Assembly: GCF_028368995.1 (NCBI RefSeq)
Contig: NZ_JAQNDL010000005.1
Location: forward strand, 416,001 to 480,000
From: Nannocystis bainbridge
GTDB lineage: Bacteria; Myxococcota_A; Polyangia; Nannocystales; Nannocystaceae
DNA: 64,000 nt
Reading direction: 5' to 3'
In this document: piece by piece, positions 21,318-34,739 of the stretch
Layout of the letters: each line of letters begins with the position of its first letter
Position numbering within the stretch: the stretch's first letter is position 1
Program-made: the position numbers and the translations under genes
Notes under the pieces: model-generated
Told to the model about the DNA's origin: nothing
Databases searched by the model: none
Seen by the model: only the letters and a program-made list of their open reading frames with translations

Positions 21318-22142
21318 GGTCCAATCCATTGAGTTCAGTTCAGTTCAATTTAATGTAAGTCGGTGCGAGGGCTCGTTCGCCCGGTCCCGCGCACGATCGC
21401 CGCTACCCGGAGGCGCGGCGGCCGTGGCGGGGCCGCTTGCGACGGTGTGCCTCTGACTCGGCACCGTCGCCGCGGGTTTCGCGGACGCCACCGAAATGAT
21501 TCACCAGCACATCACCGCCGAACCCGCGACCGTAGCGACGCACCATGACGCACACGTCATGGCGAACCGCCACGGAGCACCACCGCACCGCGGTGCACGA
21601 GGGCGACGGGATGTCGGCTGGAAGGCGCATCAATAAGCTCTCTCAGGCGAAAGCAAGTGAGTAAGGAAGTCAAGAATGCCCCGGAAGGACGCGCCGGCCC
21701 GAGCGTCTACAGTGACGACCAGGCCGGTCGAACTCTTGTAGCAGCGGCACCTGACCTTGCCAATAGTTTCGCCAGGATTTTTCGCGTGATCGCAGTGAAC
21801 GGGTCCGCGCAGACCCGTGAATTGCGTTCATGCGACGGCGCTTTTGAAAAGACGCCAATCGACGTCCGCCAGCGGTCCTATGCATGGAGAAACTCCGGCC
21901 GCGCCCGAACTATGCCCAATCATTTTTGCCCGTCCTCCTTACATTCGCCGCGCGACACGGTGCGCGCGTTCATCGGAGCCGCTCAGGTGTGACCACCTCG
22001 ACCGCCGACTTCGCCGCGCTGGCTCACTCGCCGAACCTCCCTGCCGCTGAAACCCGCCGGACGACCCCGGCGACGGGCGGCCTCGATCGCTCGTAGAAGC
22101 GCGCCAGGGTCGGTCTGCGGCCCGCCCGAGCGACCACGACGC

Positions 22143-22606
22143 TTGAACTCAGCTTCGCCGGCCTGGCTGCCGCGAGCGAGGCCGACGGCGAACGCGCGAG
22201 TGCGCAGCCGCGGGGCTCGTGCACCTGCGCGCGGCACGGCTGGAGGAGGCGCGGGCCGACATCTCGCGTGCACACGAGCTGTGGCCGACCCGGCCGGACG
22301 TCGCGCTGCTCGCGGCCGAAATGGCCGAGCGCGACGGCGACCTCCGCCGCGCCGAGCAGATCCTCGCGCGCGCGATCGTGAAGGAGGGCGCGTGGGCACG
22401 GGCGTGCCAGGACCGGTTGCTCGAGCTCATGCGCGCACGCGGCGGGAAAAAGGTCGATCTCGATCGCACGATCGCGCGCTCGACCGCGAGTGGAAGGACG
22501 AACGGATTACAGAGGTGCTCGCCGCGCGGGCCGCTGCGCCGAAGCCCCTCGCGCCGTTCGAGCTCGACCTGCGCGGCGGCGGCCGAATCACGAGCGACTC
22601 GCTGCG
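22143..22606 (+). pseudogene. Fragment of a TPR + TlpA/redoxin-type protein, frameshifted and truncated
   Basis: TPR-like helices (LAAEMAERDGDLRRAEQILARA) continue in another frame as ALDREWK...APFELDLRGGGRITSDSLR, then similarity stops before any CxxC. Confidence 0.45.
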
Positions 22607-22813
22607 TCGTGCGGTCCGCCTACCGGCCGATTTTCCCCTGCGGTACCGGGGCAATGCAATCCGGCAGATTATACCGGAGCATTACCTTCCGGTGGGGCGA
22701 TGCCCCAACTCCACACGAGCGCGCCCAGATCGGCGAGATACCGAACCTCACGGCGTCATTCGTCCGCGATGAGCACCGGGACGAACAGCGCCCGCACGCG
22801 CGTCACAAGTCGG

Positions 22814-23056
22814 TCATGGTCCGCGTCGCGCGAAGGCCGGTCCCCCGAAGTGCTCGACCGCCGCGAACCGCTGCGACGAAGATAACGAGAACGACGGCGG
22901 GGTCCCGTCGCGCGAGAGGAAGCCGTGGACCGCGCGCGAGGCGTCGTTCCGGTGGTCCCCGCCCTCGCACACGAGCACGCTGCGGACGCTGCGTCCGAGT
23001 ACGAGCGCCGCGCTGAGCCCCGCAGGCCCGCCGCCGATCACGATTACGTCGTACAT
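22814..23056 (-). pseudogene. Truncated NAD(P)/FAD-dependent oxidoreductase (TrxB-like)
   Basis: MYDVIVIGGGPAGLSAALVLGRSVRSVLV...RN...VHGFLSRDGTPP, then similarity is lost and the frame stops early. Confidence 0.7.
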
Positions 23057-23425
23057 GCCATTCGAGGATGGTCGCAGACCGTTGCATCGGCAAGGACCGC
23101 CGGGCCTCTGGCGCCCGACCTGACAATCGACATTCAGCCGCGTTCGGTGCCAATCACGCGTCCAAGGTATTTCCCCGTCCGAGATCCGACAGCGTGACGC
23201 ATGTCCTTTCATCATGAATCCTCCCGAGGAAATCCGGGGCGAGTCCGCCGGGCTCGCGGCGGTTCGAGCCGACGACCCTCGATCGGCCCCTGGATGCGCG
23301 CATCACGGCCGCGCATCACGGCCGCCCGCGCGCTCTCCCCCACGCGCGGACGGCCGTGAGCCAGGCGCCTCGGGCTTGCGGGGGGCCTGCCCGCTGGGCT
23401 AGGGTGCGCGCCGCCTCGGCGGAGC

Positions 23426-24837
<1,412 letters not shown>

Positions 24838-24841
<4 letters not shown>

Positions 24842-25080
24842 CGACGACCCCCAAGCCCAAAGATCCGCTGCACGGCATCACCCTCGAGGCCATGGTCAAC
24901 GACCTGGTGGCCTTCTTCGGCTGGGAAGAGCTCGGCCAGCAAATCTCGATCCGCTGCTTCACCAGCGAGCCGAGCGTGCCGTCGAGCCTCAAGTTCCTGC
25001 GCAAGACCCCCTGGGCCCGCGAGAAGGTCGAGAGCCTTTACCTCTTCGTCCAGCGCGAGCGCCGGCGGCAGGGGCTGTAG
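24838..25080 (+). CDS. VF530/DUF2132 family small nucleic-acid-binding protein
   Basis: GTG overlaps the dbpA stop; DPLHGITLE...GWEEL...CF...PSVPSSLKFLRKTPWAREKVESLY. Confidence 0.9.
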
Positions 25081-25173
25081 GCGCGCCTGGCCGCGGCCTT
25101 CGCCGGCGTCTCGACCGCCGCTGCACGGCGCAAGCCGGTGGGCAGGTGGACGCCGCAGGGCTCGCGGGTGGGC

Positions 25174-25761
25174 TCAGGAGGTGGGCGGCCCCTCGGGGGG
25201 GGTCAGCAGGTTCCCGGGCAGGAAGCCCGGGCACCGGTTCTGCACGCGCTGGCACGCCTCACCGAGCTCGGGCTCCGGGCTCGGCATCTTGCCCTGGTAG
25301 TTCTTGATGTTGCCGCAATCGAGCTCTTTGTAGAGCGCCTCGAGCTCGGTGACGACCTCCTCCATGCACGCATCGAGCTCGCCGATCGTCGTCGCGCAGG
25401 TGTCCCAGGCCAGCTCACAGCCTTTTCCGCCCGCCTCGACCGCGCCGGGCTCCTCGGGCGAGCCGAGGCACTCGTCGCGCGCGGTGACGCAGGCGTCGAC
25501 GCTGCCGTCGCCCAGCGTGCCCGCGATCAGGATGCCCTGCAGCGAACACAGCGCGCGTCGCACGTCGTCTGGCGTGATCTCTCGCGCGACGAAGGCAGCG
25601 GCGCCCTCGCAGAGCTGCTGTTGCTCGGCCGCGGTCAGGTCGGAGACCTTCTTGTTCACGGGCAGCTCGGAGATGGCGGAGTTGGCGGTCGCGCCGTCCT
25701 CCTTGCAACCTGACAGACTGAGCAGACCGACGAGCAGCAGCGGAGAAATCCTGGCGATCAT
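25174..25761 (-). CDS. Cys-rich hypothetical lipoprotein
   Basis: LSLSGC lipobox; regularly spaced Cys residues. Confidence 0.7.
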   Translation of the reverse strand: MIARISPLLLVGLLSLSGCKEDGATANSAISELPVNKKVSDLTAAEQQQLCEGAAAFVAREITPDDVRRALCSLQGILIAGTLGDGSVDACVTARDECLGSPEEPGAVEAGGKGCELAWDTCATTIGELDACMEEVVTELEALYKELDCGNIKNYQGKMPSPEPELGEACQRVQNRCPGFLPGNLLTPPEGPPTS

Positions 25762-26430
25762 GGTCCGCGACTATGCGCAGCTTCGCCGAGGGTGCAACCA
25801 CGCGAAGCATGCGTCCGGGCGAGCCGCTGGACGCTGCGATGCACAGGCGTCGGGAGCGCCGCGAAGCGCGGGACCTCTGCTCGTTGTCCCGTCGAGGGTG
25901 TCGAGCACGAGACGCGTCGAATGCATCGAGTGCATCGAGACGGCTCGTTGAGCTCGGCGCCGGGGCCGATGCCCGAGCACGGGACGCGCGAGGGATCGGG
26001 CGCCCAGCAGCACGGCTTCCGCGAGGCCAGCGCAGAGCGCAGCAACTTCGTGGCGGGCTCGAGGTCCCGCGCACTCGGCCCCTGGTGCGCGGTCGTACAG
26101 GGCCCAGCGCAGGCGGACCCGTCGCGTCGCTCGGTCCAGCCCCTCGGCCGCGGCAGAGCGCGAGCGCGAGCGGACGGGCGGTGGACGTGCTCGCCAGTCA
26201 CCGCGATCCACAGGACCAGCGATTTGCGGCGCGGCCGGGGCCCGTGCGTCGAGCTCGTGCGGGCGAACGACGGTCGTCCCTCGTTCGCTCTCCGACGACT
26301 GCTCCCATCGCGCGAATACACCGTTTTTATCGACAATGAGCATTAACGCGATATCCCGGGGCGCTGGATCGTGGACACGCCATTGTCAGGTCGCCGGGTC
26401 CTGGTGTACCGTCCCCGGCGAAAAGAGGTG

Positions 26431-29331
26431 ATGATGCCCGCGCCCGGTGAATTCAGCCCTCCTGCGCCTCCCTGCGACTGTGACAACGATCCGATCGGCG
26501 GCCTCGAGCGAATGTTCGTGCGATTCGCCCAAAATCGGGCCCTCGCCACCGGCCGCGATCCCGCGACGCGCCCGGTCTTCCTGCGGCTGCACGGCGTCGC
26601 GTTCGGGCGCTTCGAGATCAGCCCGGACTTGCCGGAGGAGCTACGGGTCGGCCTATTCGTGCCGGGCGCGTCCCACCGCGCGTGGGTCCGCTTCTCGAGC
26701 GACCTCCAGCCGGGGCGGCCGGATCTCGGCGGCACTCTGGGCATCGGTATCAAGCTGTTCGATGTCGAAGGTCCGAAGCTGCTCGAGCCCGACACCGAGG
26801 CGCGGACGCACGACTTCATCCTGCAGAATCACCCGGTCTTCTTCGTCGATGACGCCGCCAAGATGTGCGCGTTCACCTGCGCCTCGCTGAACGGTCAGCT
26901 CGACGCGTGGCTGGCCGACAACCCGGTGACCGCCCAGATCCTGAAGGACATGGAGAAGAAGGTCGATTCGGCGCTGGACTCGCCGTATTGGAGCGTCCTG
27001 CCGTACAGCTTCGGCCAGCGGCACGTCAAGTACAAGCTGGTGCCCGAGGCTGCCGGCGAGGGTCCGCCGGTCGACGTCGCGGATCCGACCTACCTGCGCG
27101 CCGACCTCCACCGGCGTATGGCCGCCGGCGAGGCCCGCTTCGGGTTCTACGTGCAATTGAAGCAGGCGGACATGCCGCTCGATCGCGCGACCGTGGAATG
27201 GTCGGAGCGCGAGAGCCCGCCGGTGCGCGTCGGCACCCTGGTGCTCCCGCAGCAGGACCTCGACGCCCGCGGACAATCGGCGTACGGCGAGAACCTGGCC
27301 TACAACCCATGGCACGCCCTGCCCGCCCACGCGCCGGCCGGCAGCATCTCCGACGCGCGCCGGGTCGTCTACCGCGCCTCTGCCGACAATCGCCGCGACG
27401 TCAATGGCCAGCCGCGCGGCGAGCCGACCGCGCCGCGGCCCGACACCTGGGACGGCGGTCGTCCGTACCCCACCGCCGTCGATCGCCGGATCGTGCGCGC
27501 GGCCATCCACCCTGCGATCGGCATCGCCCGCGTCGGCAACAGCGAGCATGAATTCCTCTACGGCCCCGAGGTCGTCGACGCACCGCCCGCGCCCGTGGGG
27601 GCCTGGCGCGACTCGACCGGGGCGTTCAAGCGGCAGGCCGCGCGCTTCCGGATCTACGGCTACAACGCCGCCGGCGACGTCGTCGGCGAGATCACCGCCA
27701 ACACCGCCGACATCACGTGGCGGGTCCACGTCGCCAATCACAAGGCCGCCTGGTACCAGTGGCAGATGGCGCTCGACATCCCCGAGGCGGAGGCCCTGGC
27801 GCTGCCGCTGCGGAACGCCGGCGTGAAGCCGGCCGATCGCGCGGAGCTCGTGATCGACGGCGGTCCGGTCGAGGTCCGCGGCGTGTCCACCGTCGGCTCG
27901 ACGATCGACGGCGAATTCCAGGGCACCCCGGTTCGCCTCGGCCAGCTCCGCACCGACGAGGTCGGCCGCCTGGTGTTCCTCGGGGGCCATGGCACTTCCG
28001 CCTCGCCGACCAACCAACCGATCTACAATGACAAGATCCCGACGACCTTCATCAACGCCGACGGTTGGTATGACGACACCTCCGACGGCCCCGTCACCGC
28101 GACCGTCCGCATCGAGGGCGCCGAGATCCCCGTCGAGGGCGCCTGGGTCGTCACCGCGCCGCCGGACTACGGTCCCGGGGTCCTCGGCGTCCGCACGCTG
28201 CACGATCTGCTCGTCGATATGTACGTGCAAGCGGGCTGGCAGGCGGCGCCGCGCGACATCACCTTCAAGCACGACGTGTGGCCGCTGCTGCGCCGCCTGA
28301 CCGGCTTACAGTGGAACAATCGCGGCTTCGCGGTCGCGTACGGGGCCGGCTCGCGGCTCGACTTCGACGATCGGGCCTTCGCCGCCGAGCTCGCGTGGAG
28401 GCCGGCGCCAGACGGCTACGATCGCAACCAGGAGCTCCGGCGGCAGATCGCCAATTGCTTCCGCCCGTCGAGCCCGACGGACGGCAATCAGCTGCCCTGG
28501 CCGTGGCTCTACGGCGACGCGATGGAGTCGGTGGCGATCGACAACCCGCGGCAGAACGCCACGATCACGCGGACGCAGGAGCAGGTCCTGGCGAAATGGG
28601 TCGCGGGGGAGTTCGTCGATGATTTCGCGGCCGCGCTGCCGACGTACGCCGCGATCGAGCAGGTGCCGCTGGCCGAACAGCCGGCGATGCTCGACCGTGC
28701 GTCGCTCGAGCACGCGCTCGCCGACGCCTTCCACCCCGGCTGCGAGGTGACCTGGCCGGTCCGCCACCTGACGATGTTCGCCCGGCCGTTCCGGATCCGT
28801 CAGCGCCCGGCGGGCACCCCGGCGCCGGATTACGGCCCGAAGCTGACGCAGCCGGTGGCGCTCGGCCCGGACGGCCCGCTGTACGAGCAAGGTCCGGGCG
28901 ACCTCACGCGCTGGATGGGGCTGCCATGGCAAGCCGACACTGCGTTCTGCCGCGCCGGCTACGACGAGCACTACGACCCCTTCATCCCCAGCTTCTGGCC
29001 GGCGCGGGTGCCCAACCAGGTGCTCACGCTCGAGCAATACCGCGTGCTCATGGACAGCTCGCAACCACTCGAGACCCGGCGCGACGCCTTCGCCGCGCGC
29101 ACCGACTGGAACGCGCGCCTCAGCGGCGACGCGCCGGCGCAGATGAAACAGATGGTCCATGAATTCCAGGAGATGGGGCTGCTCGAGGTGCAGCCGGGTC
29201 CGAGCGACATCCCGGGCGTGCCGGCTCAGCTCCGCGTCGCCACGGGCGGCCGCCCCGCCCCGCTGAAGGGCGTGGCCGAGAAGCTCCAGCCGCACGAATG
29301 GCCGGTGCCCGTCCACAAGCCGGCGCGGTGA
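26431..29331 (+). CDS. Catalase-like domain fused to a LodA/GoxA-family CTQ-dependent amino acid oxidase
   Basis: N-terminal RLHG, VRFSS, DFILQNHPVFF, NPWH...ARRVVY; then IHPAIGIARVGNS, FKRQAARFRIY, WYDDTSDGPV, FHPGCE, PGDLTRWMGLPWQADTAFC, FWPARVP; start chosen after the AAGAGG RBS. Confidence 0.9.
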   Translation: MMPAPGEFSPPAPPCDCDNDPIGGLERMFVRFAQNRALATGRDPATRPVFLRLHGVAFGRFEISPDLPEELRVGLFVPGASHRAWVRFSSDLQPGRPDLGGTLGIGIKLFDVEGPKLLEPDTEARTHDFILQNHPVFFVDDAAKMCAFTCASLNGQLDAWLADNPVTAQILKDMEKKVDSALDSPYWSVLPYSFGQRHVKYKLVPEAAGEGPPVDVADPTYLRADLHRRMAAGEARFGFYVQLKQADMPLDRATVEWSERESPPVRVGTLVLPQQDLDARGQSAYGENLAYNPWHALPAHAPAGSISDARRVVYRASADNRRDVNGQPRGEPTAPRPDTWDGGRPYPTAVDRRIVRAAIHPAIGIARVGNSEHEFLYGPEVVDAPPAPVGAWRDSTGAFKRQAARFRIYGYNAAGDVVGEITANTADITWRVHVANHKAAWYQWQMALDIPEAEALALPLRNAGVKPADRAELVIDGGPVEVRGVSTVGSTIDGEFQGTPVRLGQLRTDEVGRLVFLGGHGTSASPTNQPIYNDKIPTTFINADGWYDDTSDGPVTATVRIEGAEIPVEGAWVVTAPPDYGPGVLGVRTLHDLLVDMYVQAGWQAAPRDITFKHDVWPLLRRLTGLQWNNRGFAVAYGAGSRLDFDDRAFAAELAWRPAPDGYDRNQELRRQIANCFRPSSPTDGNQLPWPWLYGDAMESVAIDNPRQNATITRTQEQVLAKWVAGEFVDDFAAALPTYAAIEQVPLAEQPAMLDRASLEHALADAFHPGCEVTWPVRHLTMFARPFRIRQRPAGTPAPDYGPKLTQPVALGPDGPLYEQGPGDLTRWMGLPWQADTAFCRAGYDEHYDPFIPSFWPARVPNQVLTLEQYRVLMDSSQPLETRRDAFAARTDWNARLSGDAPAQMKQMVHEFQEMGLLEVQPGPSDIPGVPAQLRVATGGRPAPLKGVAEKLQPHEWPVPVHKPAR

Positions 29332-30392
29332 TGAGCGAAGTCGCCGTCATCGGCGCGGGGCCGGCCGGCGCGCTCGCGGCAGGGCTGCTCGCGCGCGCCG
29401 GGCTCGCCGTGACGCTGATCGATCCGCGGCCCGAGGGCTTCCGGATCGGTGAAGGGCTCCCCCCGGCCGCCCGGCCCCTGCTGCAGGCGCTCGGGCTCCT
29501 GCCGCTGGGCGGCACCCTGCCCGGCCACGGGACCCTCTCCGCGTGGGGTAGCGATGACCTCGGCGTGTACGATCATATCGGCGGGCCGTACGGGCCCGGG
29601 TGGATCCTCGACCGCGCACGATTCGACGACGGCCTGCGCCGCTGGGCCTGCGAGGGCGGCGCGGTGCTGCGAATCGCCCGCCTCGTCGGCGCCGCCCCGC
29701 GCGGCGACGAGGCCCTCGAATTGCGCCTCGACGACGGCACCCTCCTGGTGCCCGCATTCGCGATCGACGCCTCGGGTCGGCCGGCCGTGCTCGCCCATCG
29801 GCTCGGCGCGACGCGGACCTGCATCGATGCGCTCGTGGCGACCTACATCCGCTGCCGCCCCGGCGTCCCCGGCGACCGCGACACCCGCGTGCTCGTCGAG
29901 GCCGCGGCGTACGGCTGGTGGTACACGGTGCGGGTGCCCTCGGGCGAGCGGGTCGTCGCCCTGCTCCGCGATCACGCGCCGGGCAGCAGCTCGGCGCGCG
30001 CCGAGTTCGAGTCGCAACTGAGGAGCACGCGCTTCGTCGCCGCCACTCTGGCGGCGCACGCCTACCAGCCGCTCGAGGCCCCTCGCGGCGCGGACGCGCG
30101 GACCGGCCGGCTATCTCATGTCTTTGGGGACAGGTGGCTCGCGGTCGGTGACGCGGCCTTCTCGGTCGATCCGCTGTCGTCGCAGGGCCTCGTCGATGCC
30201 CTGCTCACCGCCGATGCCGCCGCGAAGGCCGTCGTCGCGGCCCTCGACGGCGACCGCGGCAGGCTGCCGGCGTATGGCGAGCACGCCTGCCGGCTCTACG
30301 AGCGCTACCTCGAGCACCGCTCGGCCACTTACGCCCGCGAGCGTCGGTGGCCCGACGCACCCTTCTGGCAGCGCCGTCACGGACCGCCTTGA
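29331..30392 (+). CDS. LodB/GoxB-like flavoprotein (CTQ cofactor biogenesis)
   Basis: ATG overlaps the upstream stop; IGAGPAG, IGEGLPP, LDRARFD, IDASGR, GWWY, AVGDAAFSVDPLSSQG, ERRWPDAPFW. Confidence 0.88.
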   Translation: MSEVAVIGAGPAGALAAGLLARAGLAVTLIDPRPEGFRIGEGLPPAARPLLQALGLLPLGGTLPGHGTLSAWGSDDLGVYDHIGGPYGPGWILDRARFDDGLRRWACEGGAVLRIARLVGAAPRGDEALELRLDDGTLLVPAFAIDASGRPAVLAHRLGATRTCIDALVATYIRCRPGVPGDRDTRVLVEAAAYGWWYTVRVPSGERVVALLRDHAPGSSSARAEFESQLRSTRFVAATLAAHAYQPLEAPRGADARTGRLSHVFGDRWLAVGDAAFSVDPLSSQGLVDALLTADAAAKAVVAALDGDRGRLPAYGEHACRLYERYLEHRSATYARERRWPDAPFWQRRHGPP

Positions 30393-30417
30393 CGGCAGCG
30401 GCCCCGACGGCGCCCTG

Positions 30418-32697
<2,280 letters not shown>

Positions 32698-32789
32698 CGA
32701 GGGCCTCCCCGGGCGTGCAGGTCATGCGTCCGAGCCCGCTCGACCCCATCGATCGACGCGCCACCGGAATATCCCGCAAGGTAGAGGGT

Positions 32790-32895
32790 CGATTATTTTT
32801 TTACAACACATTAAAAAATTCGACGAGATGTGGCCTTCATGACCCAATGAACCAAAGACGCCTCGAAATTTTGAACAGGTTTTAAAAATTTTTCC
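32790..32895. promoter_or_regulatory. AT-rich divergent promoter region between two dihaem genes
   Basis: TTATTTTTTTACAAC...TTAAAAAATT and AAATTTTGAACAGGTTTTAAAAATTTTT stand out from the GC-rich background. Confidence 0.45.
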
Positions 32896-33319
32896 CCGAG
32901 CCTGTGCGAGCCGACCAGGCACGGCGGAGCCCGCTCGACAGCGTCGACCGCCGAGCTGCGAGGCCATGACGACCGCTTCGGGCTCGGGACCCGGGCGTCT
33001 CGTGCACCCCGAGCCGTCGGCGCGTCCTCGCCGGCGCGACGGGCCATGAGTCAGCGTTCGATGGCACGACGGGCGCGGCCCCCGAAGCTCGCAGGCCGGT
33101 GCCAGCGGGCGCCGCGGCGGCCTCACGAGCCGCGCTCTGCCCCGCGGCCTCGGGGTCGGGCGTGGCGCCGACGCTGCTCGGCGTCACCGACATCCGAGCG
33201 CGGCCGGATACTTCCACGCGCGCGGACGACGGCGTGTGGCCGCGCCCACGTTCGTGCGGGGCGCCAGGTTGCCGGTCTGGAAGGACCGTACACCCTCCCA
33301 GGATTCGGGAGGTGTGTTC

Positions 33320-34636
33320 ATGCGAGTGGCGAGGCGAGCGCTGATCATCGCGGCAATCATGGGAGCGTGCGGCGACGACCGCTCCGCGCGTGAATCCATG
33401 GAGCTGCGCAGCTGGGACGCGGAGATCGAGGTTCACCGCAGCGATTTGTTCGTGCGCGGCCAGGCGATCTTCCGCGACGACACGATGGGCAGCGAGAGCT
33501 TCTGGGGCGGCAAGCTGCGGCTCCACCACGCGATCGCGGGCGAGCTCCACGGCGGCGTCGGCCCGGGGCTGACGGCGGCGCTGGCGGTCAAGAGCGGCCT
33601 GAAGGTCGACCGCGACCGACTCTGGCCGATGATCGTCCAGGGCATCCAGGACGATGCGCTCGACCTCGAAAGCGTCGACACCACCCTCGATCTACTGCGG
33701 CGAGACGCGATCGTCGGCCTGCGCGCGACCTTCGCCGGCGAACAGCTGACATCGCTCGGCATCACCTGCGCGCTGTGCCATTCGACGGTCGACGACTCGC
33801 TGGCCGAGGGCATCGGCCGCCGCCTCGACGGCTGGCCCAACCGCGACCTCGACGTCGGCGCGATCGTGGCGATGGCCCCCGACCTGGGGCCCCTGGTCGA
33901 CATCCTCGGGCTCGACGCCGCGGCGATCCGCAGCGTGCTGCGCAGCTGGGGCCCCGGCAAGTACGACGCCGAGCTCCTACTCGACGGCAAGGCCTTCCGC
34001 CCCGACAAGCGCTCGGCCGCGACGCTGATCCCTGCCGCCTACGGGCTCGCGGGGCAGAACCTCCACACGTACACGGGCTGGGGCTCGGTGCCGTACTGGA
34101 ACGCGTACGTCGCCAACACCCAGATGCACGGCCAGGGCACGTTCCGCGACCCTCGCCTGGCCGACCCCGCCAAGTTCCCCCTGGTGGCCAAGACCGGCTG
34201 GGACGACAAGCGCGACGCGGTCGACAAGATCACGCCGACGCTCGAGGCGCTGCATTATTATCAACTGTCGATCCCGCCGCCGACCCCGCCCGAAGGCTCG
34301 TACTCGGCCGAGGCGGCGGAGCGCGGCGCTGCGCTGTTCGCAGGCAAGGCGAATTGCGCAAGGTGCCACGTGCCGCCGCTGTTCTCGGAGCCGGGCTGGG
34401 CGATGCACACCGGCGCGGAGATCGGGATCGACGAGTTCCAGGCGCTGCGCTCGCCGGACGAGCGCTACCGGACGACCCCGCTGCGCGGCCTGTGGGCGCG
34501 CATGAAGGGCGGCTTCTACCACGATGGCCGATTCGCGGACCTCGGCGCGGTCATCGATCATTACGAACCAGTGCTCGGGTTCGTCTTGACGCTCGACGAG
34601 CGGGCCGATCTGATCGAGTACCTGAAGTCGATCTAG
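33320..34636 (+). CDS. Dihaem cytochrome c peroxidase-like lipoprotein
   Basis: ATG 33320 after GGAGG; MGAC lipobox; CALCH, CARCH; YRTTPLRGL, FYHDGRF, LIEYLKSI. Confidence 0.85.
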   Translation: MRVARRALIIAAIMGACGDDRSARESMELRSWDAEIEVHRSDLFVRGQAIFRDDTMGSESFWGGKLRLHHAIAGELHGGVGPGLTAALAVKSGLKVDRDRLWPMIVQGIQDDALDLESVDTTLDLLRRDAIVGLRATFAGEQLTSLGITCALCHSTVDDSLAEGIGRRLDGWPNRDLDVGAIVAMAPDLGPLVDILGLDAAAIRSVLRSWGPGKYDAELLLDGKAFRPDKRSAATLIPAAYGLAGQNLHTYTGWGSVPYWNAYVANTQMHGQGTFRDPRLADPAKFPLVAKTGWDDKRDAVDKITPTLEALHYYQLSIPPPTPPEGSYSAEAAERGAALFAGKANCARCHVPPLFSEPGWAMHTGAEIGIDEFQALRSPDERYRTTPLRGLWARMKGGFYHDGRFADLGAVIDHYEPVLGFVLTLDERADLIEYLKSI

Positions 34637-34739
34637 CGCGAGCGCCGGCGGCAAGGGATAAAGACGCGCCGACGACGGCGCGAATGTCGACGGCCTACCG
34701 TTTGAGAAGCGGCATACCGTGACGCTTCTTCACATTCCA

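Noticed and set aside
21745-21761. Sigma-54 promoter-like CGGCAC...TTGC
   Set aside because: The GG-to-GC spacing is 11 rather than the strict 10
25771-26346. Several overlapping ~190-aa ORFs between the lipoprotein and the catalase-LodA gene
   Set aside because: All are Arg/Ala/Pro-rich with no motifs or consistent codon bias; treated as intergenic
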